64,000 bases of DNA from NCBI GenBank assembly GCA_041746255.1, contig JBGTHM010000126.1, positions 1 through 64,000 of the forward strand, written 5' to 3'. Origin of the DNA: Fibrobacteria bacterium. GTDB lineage: Bacteria > Fibrobacterota > Fibrobacteria > UBA11236. Position 1 is the stretch's first letter, and each line of letters begins with the position of its first letter. Made by a program: the position numbers and the translations under genes. Positions 1 to 9,195 of the stretch are shown here, piece after piece. The notes under the pieces were generated by a model, which made no database searches, was not told where the DNA came from, and saw only the letters and a program-made list of their open reading frames with translations.

Positions 1-118
1 CCGGTCACTTTGAACCGGATTTTCACCCTCGGGTCAATCGTCCGAACCGGTCATCTTGAACCGGATCGGCCGGTCACTTTGAATCGGATTAGCCGGTCAC
101 CATGAACCGGATTTTGCA
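1..118. mobile_element. Terminus of an IS21-family insertion sequence (element body lies left of the window)
   Basis: Four copies of a ~20-bp repeat CCGGTCA(ctt/tct/cca)TGAA(c/t)CGGAT at 1, 47, 70 and 93 (23-bp phasing), ending in ...TTTTGCA at 118. Multiple phased terminal repeats with TG...CA ends are typical of IS21. Confidence 0.75.
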
Positions 119-226
119 AATTGAAACCCTGCTGTTCTTCACGAAAGTATTCCACTGTCGCTTCGTTTGACGATCATCGAAAAATACATCCGTCAGCGCG
201 GTGGGCTATGGAATGGGCAATGTCTT

Positions 227-542
227 TCAAACAATCGCCTCCATTTCCAGGTAGGGCCGTATCACTCTTTCAACCCGGCAAATCCTGGCCATTTTTAGGA
301 TTTCCTGGCGGGGTGGTCTTCCGCGATCGGAGGGCTTCCCGTAGGGCCTCCATGGCTATATCCAAGCCTACCTTATTGCGCATTTTGAAAAGATCCGCCA
401 CTGTTTGGGCTACTCCGTAAACTCGCAAAGGAATATCATCCACGGAATGCACCTCGATGCCTGTCGCGAACGCATCGCCGGAAAATCGGACAACATGAAC
501 CGAGGGATGTTCCATCTTCGGAGCGAGGGCCGTTCCCGGCAA
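227..542 (-). pseudogene. AbiEi-family (type IV toxin-antitoxin) antitoxin, 5'-truncated and frameshifted
   Basis: ...VYGVAQTVADLFKMRNKVGLDIAMEAL... is the AbiEi C-terminal signature. After a frameshift near 308 the typical tail QEILKMARICRVEKVIRPYLE continues to TGA at 227-229. Confidence 0.75.
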
Positions 543-706
543 CGCTATCGAGAGTTTGTTGCGGTCGCGTTATTCTTCAAAATGAATAAAGATATGTTTT
601 GAATTATCCCTTTTGAACATGGCAAAAAGTAGGGATTTTGTCCAAATTATTGATCTCAACCCAATTTCCTAATCAGCCACAGCGACTAGGCTTATATCTT
701 ACTTCA

Positions 707-904
707 TTAAACATGCGGTGCAAATTTTTTCGGAAATAATCGGAAAGTCTGGTGGCATTCCGAGGAACAGAACGAATAGATTTCCCCGCTGTAGATGTCT
801 TCATATTGCACTTGCCACGTTTCCAGCTTCATACCACAAACCGGATCCGTGAGGTTTTTTTTCAAATCTTCCGGATTCGACCGGGTGGAAATTCCCTTGA
901 ACAT
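707..904 (-). CDS. YHS-domain small metal-binding protein
   Basis: DPVCGM...YSFCSSEC...F motif; AAAGGA Shine-Dalgarno (SD) upstream. Confidence 0.85.
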   Translation of the reverse strand: MFKGISTRSNPEDLKKNLTDPVCGMKLETWQVQYEDIYSGEIYSFCSSECHQTFRLFPKKFAPHV

Positions 905-949
905 TCTTGTCCTTTCGTTTGAGGTTTCGATACCATCCCTCCGCCTCTA

Positions 950-976
950 AGACGAATGCCGGGAAAAATCCTTACA
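950..976 (-). promoter_or_regulatory. ECF sigma promoter TGTAAG-N16-CGTCT upstream of the YHS gene
   Basis: Minus strand reads TGTAAG gatttttcccggcatt CGTCT; same boxes and spacing at two other sites. Confidence 0.75.
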
Positions 977-1029
977 CTTCCAGGGGGTCGACAGGAGCCG
1001 GATGAGAGGATTCCAATGGCCACCCGAAT

Positions 1030-1686
1030 ATGTTCAGGAACGCGGGCCATTGCTATCTTTTGCCCATGCACACCGGTGATCATCGAGAAACCAAAGCCCC
1101 GCAAGCAAAGGATGCCGGGAACGATGTTGTGGTCAATCTGCTCCTGGCGAACCAGACAGCCTTCAAGGGATTCCTTCGTCGCCATTTACCTTCGAACGAG
1201 GCTGCCGAAGACCTGCTGCAACAAAGCATTCTCAAGGCCGTCCGGAATTCAGGCGAAGTGGCCGACGTGGAAAAATCCACCGCATGGTTCTATCGCATCC
1301 TTCGCAATTCGCTCATCGACTTTTACCGCTCCCGAGCGGCTGAAGGGCGCAAGAACGATGCCTTTCTTCAAAACCTGGAGGTCATCGGTGAAGAAAGCCA
1401 TTCCGCACCCGATTCCGAATTGATGGGGGAAGTGTGCGCCTGCATGGGCCGACTCCTCCCCTCCCTCAAATCCGAGTATGCCGACCTCATCAACCGCATT
1501 GACCTTAATGGAGAAGAGCAGGTCGCAGTGGCCGAATCCATCGGCATCACCCCGAACAACCTCATGGTCCGCCTGCACCGGGCTCGTCAAGCGCTGCGGA
1601 AGAGCTTGGAAAAATCCTGCGGCGCCTGCACCAAGCATGGTTGTCTGGATTGCAATTGCGGACCTGGCCATACCGTAGGCCATTAA
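1030..1686 (+). CDS. ECF RNA polymerase sigma factor, CorE-like metal-responsive type (start may be 1066)
   Basis: Sigma region 2 (AEDLLQ..., WFYRILRN..IDFYR), region 4 (NLMVRLHRARQALR), CxC linker (EVCAC) and C-terminal Cys-rich domain CGACTKHGCLDCNC. Confidence 0.9.
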   Translation: MFRNAGHCYLLPMHTGDHRETKAPQAKDAGNDVVVNLLLANQTAFKGFLRRHLPSNEAAEDLLQQSILKAVRNSGEVADVEKSTAWFYRILRNSLIDFYRSRAAEGRKNDAFLQNLEVIGEESHSAPDSELMGEVCACMGRLLPSLKSEYADLINRIDLNGEEQVAVAESIGITPNNLMVRLHRARQALRKSLEKSCGACTKHGCLDCNCGPGHTVGH

Positions 1687-4097
1687 ATACGGATTCCCTT
1701 TAGTCGCAGGCTGTTCGATACCACGCTTACCGAACTCAGTGCCATGGCCGCACTTGCGATGACCGGGCTCAAAAGCAGCCCGAATGCGGGATAAAGCAGG
1801 CCTGCCGCTATCGGAATTCCCACCGCATTATAAACGAATGCCCAGAATAAATTCTGGCGAATGATATGCAGGGTTTTTCGCGACAAATTGAGAAGCGAAA
1901 CCACGCCGGAAAGGTCACCACGCATCAAGGTGGCATCCCCGGCCTCCATGGCTATATCGGCGCCGGTTCCCATCGCGACTCCCACGTCCGCCTTCGCCAA
2001 TGCGGGGGCGTCATTGATTCCGTCTCCAACCATGGCGACTTTGGATCCTTGCAACTGGAGCCGCTCAATTTCCCTCACCTTCCCTTCCGGCGTGACTTCG
2101 GATACCACTTCTTCAATGCCCACCTTGCGCGCGACCGCTTCCGCAGTGCGCTTTTGATCGCCGGAAAGCAGAATCACGCGGATACCCATACCTTGCAAAT
2201 CGGCTATAGCGGGTGCGGAAGTGAGTCTTACGGGGTCGGCTATGGCGAGAAGGCCCGCCAATTCCCCATCAACAGCCACATATACCGGGGTCATTCCCTG
2301 CTCGGAAAACTGAGCGACTTTTTTCTGCAATGGGGTAACATCAATGGAAAATTCTTGCATCATTAAAGCGTTGCCCAATGCCACCGCCCTTGCTCCGACA
2401 ACAGCCATGGCTCCCATTCCCGGGAGCGCTTGAAAAGATTCAGCGGGTTCAGGGGTTACGCCGGCGAGCTTGGCCCTGGCCATGACGGCGGAACCCAAGG
2501 GGTGCTCAGAGAAAAATTCCACCGAAGCGGCCAGCTTCAACAATTCCTCGCTGTGCCAATTTCCATAGCCAACCATTTCCACAACGGAGGGGCGTCCTTC
2601 GGTAACCGTGCCGGTTTTATCCAAGACCACCGTATCGACGGCAGAGGCGCGCTGCAGCGCATCTCCGCCTTTGATTAAGATGCCTGCGGAGGCGCCACGA
2701 CCCGTGGAAACCAGCACAGCCGTCGGAACGGCCAGTCCCATGGCGCAGGGACAGGCGATGATCAGCACGGAAACGGCGGCGGCCAATGCCCGCACTACCG
2801 CGCCTTCTCCGCCCAATACAAACCATAGGATAAACGTGGCCGCGGAAACGACGACGACAACCGGGACGAAAATTCCGCTGATCTTATCCGCCAGATGCTG
2901 AATAGGAGCGCGGGATCCTTGCGCCTCGCGCATCAAACCCACGATACGGGAAAGCACGCTTTTTTCTCCCAGGTCGGTAGCGCGGTATTTGATCGAACCG
3001 TTACGGTTGATTCCGCCACCAAAAACTTTGTCGCCAGGTCCCTTGCCTACGGGCATGGATTCGCCGGTGAGCATGGACTCGTCAATTTCGCTACGGCCCT
3101 CCAGGATGACTCCGTCCACGGGAAGGCGTTCACCGGGCCGGACCCGCACCTCGTCAGCTTCCATCACCTCCTCGAGAGCGAGTTCCATCTCAATTCCGTT
3201 GCGGACCACACGCGCCGTGCGCGGTTGCAGGCCGGCCAATGCCCGCAAAGCCACCGCGGTTCTCCTGCGGGCCCGGGATTCCAGGGTGTTGCCGAGAAGA
3301 ATCAAAGCGATGATGAATACAACCGCTTCGTAATACACATCCGGCGATACGCCCTGGGACAGGAAAAATCCCGGAAAAAAAGTCGCAACCAACGAGTAAA
3401 GAAAGGCGGCACCGGTTCCAAGAGCGACCAGTGTATTCATATCCGCCCCACCGTTGCGCGCCGCCTTGGCCGCCCGGACATAGAATATCCGCCCGGGACC
3501 CGCCATTACCCACAGCGTCAGACCAAGGAGTGTGAAAGACAACCAGGCCGGGTCCAAGGCATACAGCCAGGGGAACAGTGTCTGCAAAGAGGGAGTAAGC
3601 GATTCCATTGTCCAGCGCATGAACGGGTCCACCGAGAGGCCATGTCCTGCATGAACCACCATCAACGGCATGGATAGTAACATGGCCATTACAGCGGCGC
3701 CCAATGAGAGTAGCGCGCGACTCCTCATCTTCGTGTATTCTCGGGATTGTTCGGCCTCGTGGGCTGATTCTTCCTCCAGCGCCCCGGATTTTTCGGAAGG
3801 GAGGGATGCTCCGTAACCCAACTTTTCCACTGCGGCAATCAAACCCTGGGGATTAACGAAGCCCGGTTCGACGCGGATGGAAGCCTGTCCGGTAACCAGA
3901 TTGACGGAGGCATCCAGAACTCCGGGTTGTTTTCCCAAAGTCTTTTGAATTCGGATCTGGCAAGCCGCGCAGGTCATTCCCGTAACATTCAGGTTAATTC
4001 GATCATTTGTCGATTGCATTTCTGCCTGGTCCGAAGGGAGCGGACGCTGGGGCGACGCGGGAGGTGAGGGTAAATTTGAAGCTGTTTGTGACGTCAT
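1683..4097 (-). CDS. copA: Cu(I)-translocating P1B-1 ATPase
   Basis: N-terminal HMA GMTCAAC, TGES, CPC, DKTGT, HP, GDGIND, YN and MxxSS motifs. Confidence 0.95.
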   Translation of the reverse strand: MTSQTASNLPSPPASPQRPLPSDQAEMQSTNDRINLNVTGMTCAACQIRIQKTLGKQPGVLDASVNLVTGQASIRVEPGFVNPQGLIAAVEKLGYGASLPSEKSGALEEESAHEAEQSREYTKMRSRALLSLGAAVMAMLLSMPLMVVHAGHGLSVDPFMRWTMESLTPSLQTLFPWLYALDPAWLSFTLLGLTLWVMAGPGRIFYVRAAKAARNGGADMNTLVALGTGAAFLYSLVATFFPGFFLSQGVSPDVYYEAVVFIIALILLGNTLESRARRRTAVALRALAGLQPRTARVVRNGIEMELALEEVMEADEVRVRPGERLPVDGVILEGRSEIDESMLTGESMPVGKGPGDKVFGGGINRNGSIKYRATDLGEKSVLSRIVGLMREAQGSRAPIQHLADKISGIFVPVVVVVSAATFILWFVLGGEGAVVRALAAAVSVLIIACPCAMGLAVPTAVLVSTGRGASAGILIKGGDALQRASAVDTVVLDKTGTVTEGRPSVVEMVGYGNWHSEELLKLAASVEFFSEHPLGSAVMARAKLAGVTPEPAESFQALPGMGAMAVVGARAVALGNALMMQEFSIDVTPLQKKVAQFSEQGMTPVYVAVDGELAGLLAIADPVRLTSAPAIADLQGMGIRVILLSGDQKRTAEAVARKVGIEEVVSEVTPEGKVREIERLQLQGSKVAMVGDGINDAPALAKADVGVAMGTGADIAMEAGDATLMRGDLSGVVSLLNLSRKTLHIIRQNLFWAFVYNAVGIPIAAGLLYPAFGLLLSPVIASAAMALSSVSVVSNSLRLKGIRI

Positions 4098-4127
4098 TGA
4101 TTATTCCTCATATAAAATAGGTGGAGG

Positions 4128-4412
4128 TTAAAGGTGGCAGCTTCCGCAGCAGGAACCGCCCCGTGCGGTAACATCGGTGCGGCTGTTTTCTTCAGCATGG
4201 GAAAGAGGGGTTGCCGGATAACCCGCCTCGGTCAATGACGATTCAATGGTGGACGCGAACAATTTCCCTTCATCAAATTCCACCTCGACATTTTGGCTCG
4301 GTATATCCACAGTCACCTGCTTGACACCCGGAAGGCCTTCAAGAGACTTACGAATAACCTTCTCACAGTGTCCACACGAAATATCGGGGGCATGAAAAAT
4401 TTTAGTTTGCAT
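4128..4412 (-). CDS. copZ: Copper chaperone (HMA domain) with Cys-rich tail
   Basis: ISCGHC motif; AAGGAG SD before ATG at 4412; C-terminal SCCGSCHL. Confidence 0.88.
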   Translation of the reverse strand: MQTKIFHAPDISCGHCEKVIRKSLEGLPGVKQVTVDIPSQNVEVEFDEGKLFASTIESSLTEAGYPATPLSHAEENSRTDVTARGGSCCGSCHL

Positions 4413-4466
4413 TTTGGGCTCCTTTAAATGTCCCGCTGCCATGTGGAGCGGGTCGTTCATCCAAGC

Positions 4467-4493
4467 AGACGGGGCAAGCGAAAATTCCTTACA
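4467..4493 (-). promoter_or_regulatory. ECF sigma promoter TGTAAG-N16-CGTCT upstream of copZ-copA
   Basis: Minus strand TGTAAG gaattttcgcttgccc CGTCT. Confidence 0.75.
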
Positions 4494-4534
4494 CTGAATC
4501 GGAAAGGATGAATTCCCGCGCTTGATTTGAGGCC

Positions 4535-4561
4535 TGTAAGTTTACGTGGGCTGCTCCGTCT
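4535..4561 (+). promoter_or_regulatory. ECF sigma promoter TGTAAG-N16-CGTCT upstream of the DUF3347-copB operon
   Basis: TGTAAG tttacgtgggctgctc CGTCT, divergent from the copZ promoter. Confidence 0.75.
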
Positions 4562-4631
4562 GCAATTCCAGTGTTGGGACGGAACGCCGTCCGAACCGGG
4601 CAATTAAGCCCAACGTCAAAAGGAGTCGATT

Positions 4632-5225
4632 ATGCATGTATTATCCGTGTTGATAATAGGAACGGGCCTGACAATTTCCGCCTGTCAATCAGAAACCAAG
4701 TCGCACTCCCAGGCTCAGGCCCGGAAAGTCGAAAACGCTGCCCATCAAAGTACCCCCATGCGACCCTCGTCAACCGCGTCGGTAACTTTCCAGGCGGCCT
4801 TGAGTCAGGTGCTGGAGAAGTACATCCAGATGCAAAGAGCATTATCGGAGGACGAATTGGGGAAGGGAAAAGAAGCGTTTTCGGGACTGCATGCGATAAT
4901 GCACATGATGCCGGTACAGGAATTGGATTCTGCCACCTTATCGCATTGGCATAGCCACGAAGTGCGGATAATGGCGGTTCTCCACGACATGGCTTCTTCG
5001 GAAACCATGGAGGAATTCCGACTCCAATTCGCCGTATTCACCCCGGTGCTTTCCGAGGCGATCGAGACGTTCGGCATTCAGGGTAACATACCCTATTTGT
5101 TCCATTGCCCTATGGCGAATGCAAACAAAGGTGCATATTGGATCCAAACGGACAGGCAGCCGGCAAATCCCTATATGGGGAAGGCTATGCCGGAATGCGG
5201 GCAGCTGGTCGGATCGGACTCGTAA
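4632..5225 (+). CDS. DUF3347-family periplasmic metal-binding lipoprotein
   Basis: Lipobox ISAC; FHCPMA...GAYWIQ....NPYMG..M..CG motif; AAGGAG SD. Confidence 0.85.
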   Translation: MHVLSVLIIGTGLTISACQSETKSHSQAQARKVENAAHQSTPMRPSSTASVTFQAALSQVLEKYIQMQRALSEDELGKGKEAFSGLHAIMHMMPVQELDSATLSHWHSHEVRIMAVLHDMASSETMEEFRLQFAVFTPVLSEAIETFGIQGNIPYLFHCPMANANKGAYWIQTDRQPANPYMGKAMPECGQLVGSDS

Positions 5226-5363
5226 AGGTATCAGGCACCCAACAGGCAGGTTGTTATGAACACGGCAATGACTGCATACCATGATAATTTCGATTTTCGG
5301 ATCATCGTGCTCCAAATTCAGCCATAGGTCGCTGTCTGGCGGCCGCAACCCCGGAAAAATACA

Positions 5364-5524
5364 ATGATACCGATGGAGATCGGCATGATGCAGGGGTGTC
5401 CCATGATGGGAAAGGTAGGGCATGGATTTTTGGCATGACGGGTGGCAAATGACGAGAGCGGTATGCCCATGGCAAAATTGATTCGGAAGAGTACCGGCAG
5501 AGGTTGAAGGATTTGAAAGGATAA
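5364..5524 (+). pseudogene. Degraded SHOCT-domain membrane protein
   Basis: Fragment [22 protein letters not shown] (5453-5524) follows an in-frame TGA and a Met-rich upstream piece; resembles the intact gene at 10314. Confidence 0.6.
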
Positions 5525-5525
5525 C

Positions 5526-7637
5526 ATGGAATCTGATTCGAAAAAAACCAAACCGCAACATGCGCATCATGCGAACCACCAAACGATGCACGCATCTGTG
5601 GACGGCAGCTCGAAACCACCTAACGCACCGCATCAACATGGTGGTAATTCCGAAGGGGATTCTCACAACCGCCATGCTTCGCAACACGATCATTCCCACA
5701 TGGTCGAGGAATTCCGCAATCGCTTCTGGGTCTCGCTGCTTCTGACCCTACCCATTCTGATTCTCTCTCCCATGATCCAGGAATTCCTCGGCATTCGGGA
5801 AGACCTGCGGTTCCCGGGTGATATCTGGATCCTGTTCGCTTCCTCCACAATTGTCTTTTTCTACGGGGGCTGGCCATTTCTGCGAGGTTTTTTCGCAGAA
5901 ATGCAAAAGCGTCAGCCCGGAATGATGACTCTCATCGCTGTCGCGATTGGCACTGCCTACTTGTACAGCGCGGCTGTTGTCCTGGGACTTCCCGGGATGC
6001 TGCTGTTCTGGGAATTGGCAACCCTCATCGATATCATGCTTCTGGGGCACTGGGTGGAAATGAAGTCGGTGATGGGGGCTTCGCGGGCCTTGGAGAAATT
6101 GGCGAAACTGTTGCCGTCTGAAGCCCATAAAATTCTACCAAATGGTGATGTCGAGGATGTTCCTTCGGCGGAGATAAAATCCGGGGACAGGCTGCTCATC
6201 AAACCCGGGGAAAAAATACCAGCCGACGGCGAAGTGGAAGAGGGCTCCTCCTCCGTGAATGAATCCATGCTCACGGGGGAGTCTTTGCCGGTGGAAAAAT
6301 CGGCGGGCGACCCCGTGATCGGCGGCTCGGTAAACGGAGAAGGCTCTCTCACCGTACGAGTCCTGAAAACCGGCGAGGAATCCTATCTGAGCCAGGTGGT
6401 CGAATTGGTACGTCAGGCGCAGGAAAGCAAATCCCGCACGCAGGATCTGGCCAACACCGCGGCGCAATGGCTGACCGGTATCGCCCTTATCGGGGGAGCG
6501 GGGACCCTGCTTGTCTGGTCGCTGTTTACGGAGGCGGATTTCGCCTTCGCCATGGAACGTGCAGTCACGGTAATGGTCATCGCCTGCCCCCACGCCTTGG
6601 GACTCGCTGTACCCCTGGTGGTGGCAATATCAACAGCCCTGGCCGCCCAGAATGGATTGCTCATCCGAGACAGGGGCGCGTTTGAGCGCTCACGGGGCAT
6701 CGATGCAATCCTGTTCGACAAGACGGGTACTTTGACCCAAGGTAAATTCGGGGTAACGGATGTCCTGCAATTCGATGGGAATGTGCCGGAGGAGGAATTG
6801 CTGGCATTGGCGGCATCCGTGGAAGCCAATTCGGAACACCCTATTGCCCGTGGGATAACGGAGTCATCGGAGAGGAAGTATCCCGTGGAGGGATTCAATT
6901 CCATTCCGGGAAAGGGTGCTTACGGAACCGTAAAAGGACGAAATGTCCGAGTAGTGAGTCCCGGTTATCTCCGGGAGCAGAACCTCGAAATTCCCGGCAG
7001 GGAAAGGATGGATACGCTTTCCGCGCAAGGAAAAACCGTGGTATTTGTGCTTTTGGACAATTCTTTGGCCGGAGCCATAGCCCTTGCGGATCTGATAAGG
7101 CCGGAGTCGAAGGAGGCGGTTCAGAGACTGAGACGAGCCGGCATCCGATGCATGATGCTCACCGGCGATAACAATCAGGTTGCGCAATGGGTGGCAAGGG
7201 AAATCGGACTGGACGAAGTCTTCGCCGAAGTGTTGCCGCATCAAAAAGCGGAAAAGGTCAAGGAGGTCCAAGCCCGCGGCCTAGTAGTCGCCATGACGGG
7301 GGACGGGGTGAATGACGCCCCTGCGCTGGCGCAAGCGGACGTAGGCATAGCCGTGGGCGCCGGATCCGACGTGGCGGTTGAAACCGCCGATATCATTCTC
7401 GTTCGCAGCAACCCCCTGGATGTGGCGGCCATTCTGCTACTGGCCAAGGCCACTTACCGCAAGATGATCCAGAATCTGATCTGGGCTACCGGGTACAACG
7501 TCTTCGCCATACCCGCGGCGGCGGGGGTATTCTATGGAATGGGCATCGTTCTCAGCCCCGCGGTGGGAGCGATATTCATGTCTGCCAGCACGGTAATCGT
7601 GGCCGTTAATGCCCGCTTGCTGAGGTTGGGCCGATAA
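5526..7637 (+). CDS. copB: P1B-3 copper-translocating ATPase with His-rich N-terminus
   Basis: His-rich N-terminus, TGES, CPH motif, DKTGT, GDGVND, GYN, MSAST. Confidence 0.93.
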   Translation: MESDSKKTKPQHAHHANHQTMHASVDGSSKPPNAPHQHGGNSEGDSHNRHASQHDHSHMVEEFRNRFWVSLLLTLPILILSPMIQEFLGIREDLRFPGDIWILFASSTIVFFYGGWPFLRGFFAEMQKRQPGMMTLIAVAIGTAYLYSAAVVLGLPGMLLFWELATLIDIMLLGHWVEMKSVMGASRALEKLAKLLPSEAHKILPNGDVEDVPSAEIKSGDRLLIKPGEKIPADGEVEEGSSSVNESMLTGESLPVEKSAGDPVIGGSVNGEGSLTVRVLKTGEESYLSQVVELVRQAQESKSRTQDLANTAAQWLTGIALIGGAGTLLVWSLFTEADFAFAMERAVTVMVIACPHALGLAVPLVVAISTALAAQNGLLIRDRGAFERSRGIDAILFDKTGTLTQGKFGVTDVLQFDGNVPEEELLALAASVEANSEHPIARGITESSERKYPVEGFNSIPGKGAYGTVKGRNVRVVSPGYLREQNLEIPGRERMDTLSAQGKTVVFVLLDNSLAGAIALADLIRPESKEAVQRLRRAGIRCMMLTGDNNQVAQWVAREIGLDEVFAEVLPHQKAEKVKEVQARGLVVAMTGDGVNDAPALAQADVGIAVGAGSDVAVETADIILVRSNPLDVAAILLLAKATYRKMIQNLIWATGYNVFAIPAAAGVFYGMGIVLSPAVGAIFMSASTVIVAVNARLLRLGR

Positions 7638-7698
7638 TTGTTCGTAATCCATTTTCGGGCTTTCCCGGAAAACCATCCGTATTAGAGGAGAAAAATCC

Positions 7699-7941
7699 AT
7701 ACAACCATCCGAAGCAAAACGGTCGTCCGCGCTATATTGGCTCGGAGTATGCGCGGCGTTGGCGGTAATCGCCTTTTTTTTGTGGACGGAGCATAGGGCC
7801 CATACTTTGGGTGCCTTGCCCTGGCTGATATTACTGGCCTGCCCTTTCATACATCTCTTCATGCACAGGAGGCATAGCCATGGCGAAGGCGGCGACAACC
7901 GCAACACTCATCATCACCATCGGCAGGGAGATGAATCATGA
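7699..7941 (+). CDS. DUF2933-family small membrane protein
   Basis: EHRAH..GALPWLILLACPFIHLFMH plus His-rich tail; frame is open back to an ATA at 7699, 8 nt after GAGGAG. Confidence 0.8.
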   Translation: MQPSEAKRSSALYWLGVCAALAVIAFFLWTEHRAHTLGALPWLILLACPFIHLFMHRRHSHGEGGDNRNTHHHHRQGDES

Positions 7942-8645
7942 GCCACGCGCAAAGCGGCGCCTATGGCCTGTGGACCTTGGTGCTCATCAACTCGGCGATT
8001 TTCATCCTGTTCGCCTTCAGCTTCTTCAAGCCGCGCACCGGGCGAGACTGGCGGACCTTCGGCTCGTTCTCGGCCTTTATTGTCGCCCTTTTCGTGGAAA
8101 TGTACGGATTCCCCTTGACCATTTATCTGCTTTCGGGATGGCTCACAAGCAGGCTTCCTGGGCTGGACATCTTTTCTCATGATGCCGGGCATCTGTGGTA
8201 CGATTTGCTGGGATTCGAAGGGAATCCCCATTTCAATCCCATCCATATTCTGAGCAACGTATTCATCTTCGGAGGCTTTTTTCTGCTCGCTTCGGCATGG
8301 AGGGTGCTGTATGCCGCCCAAAAGTCGGGCGGCCTGGCCCGCACGGGGCCGTATCTCCACGTGCGGCATCCGCAGTACATCGGCTTCATCGTCATCATGT
8401 TCGGGTTCCTGCTGCAATGGCCCACCATCCCCACCTTGGCGATGTTCCCTGTGCTGGTCGTTGTATATGTCCACTTGGCGCGCCGAGAGGAAAAGGAAGT
8501 GGAAAGCGAGCTCGGGGATGTCTGGCGGGAATACGCCGCAGATACGCCGGGATGGATCCCGCGCCCCTTGAAAGGCGGACCCTCGGGCACGAAGGACGGC
8601 GGATCGCCTTTGAATCAATCACATCAATCAGGAGCAACACCTTGA
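7938..8645 (+). CDS. Isoprenylcysteine carboxyl methyltransferase (ICMT/PEMT) family membrane protein
   Basis: GPYLHVRHPQY motif, LARREE; ATGA overlap with the upstream gene. Confidence 0.88.
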   Translation: MSHAQSGAYGLWTLVLINSAIFILFAFSFFKPRTGRDWRTFGSFSAFIVALFVEMYGFPLTIYLLSGWLTSRLPGLDIFSHDAGHLWYDLLGFEGNPHFNPIHILSNVFIFGGFFLLASAWRVLYAAQKSGGLARTGPYLHVRHPQYIGFIVIMFGFLLQWPTIPTLAMFPVLVVVYVHLARREEKEVESELGDVWREYAADTPGWIPRPLKGGPSGTKDGGSPLNQSHQSGATP

Positions 8646-9067
8646 GATTACCGTTTTTACTTTTGACGTGCACAACCGCATTCGTCCTTTCTGTCGCCGG
8701 CGGGCAACACGGGGGTGGAGCCGCTTCCGGGAAATCCTCCGGGAGGTCAGGCATGCCCATGATGGAAATGGCGGAACGTTCCCGTGGCGCCTGCATGTCC
8801 GTCCCGGACACGCTCGACAACCTGCTCAATACGGTCCGGGAAGCCATGAAGTCAGATGACAAAGCCAAAATGAAAGCCGCTTTGAAAATGAGTGAAGCAC
8901 ATGTTGCCGCCATGCAAGCCCATATGGGTCGATGCAAGGACATGATGGGAAAAATGATGCAGGACGGCATGATGGGCAATGATTCGGCCAAGGCCGTCCC
9001 CAAAGCAGACTCCGGGATGCAGTCCGGCGATTCCGATGCCGAGCATGAAAAACATCATCCCGAATAA
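8642..9067 (+). CDS. Secreted Met/His-rich helical protein, putative metal binder
   Basis: TTG start after AGGAG, overlapping the upstream stop; signal peptide; many Met residues, two Cys, tail EHEKHHPE. Confidence 0.7.
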   Translation: MRLPFLLLTCTTAFVLSVAGGQHGGGAASGKSSGRSGMPMMEMAERSRGACMSVPDTLDNLLNTVREAMKSDDKAKMKAALKMSEAHVAAMQAHMGRCKDMMGKMMQDGMMGNDSAKAVPKADSGMQSGDSDAEHEKHHPE

Positions 9068-9195
9068 GGAACCGGGGCATAAACTAAAGGACACAGTCCC
9101 GCCGCCTTCATGGCCGTTATTACAGCAGATTGCGCTTGTGGTCCCGTTGTCCAGAAGTTATTTCCGTTCGCATTAATTCGGACGGAGGAGGAAAT

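Noticed and set aside
1..118. CRISPR array or iterons
   Set aside because: Repeats are separated by only 3 nt with no unique spacers, and they end in TGCA, which fits an IS21-type terminus better.
8195..8641. N-terminal half of the 290-aa ORF
   Set aside because: It overlaps the ICMT gene out of frame; a better SD plus TTG start lies at 8642.
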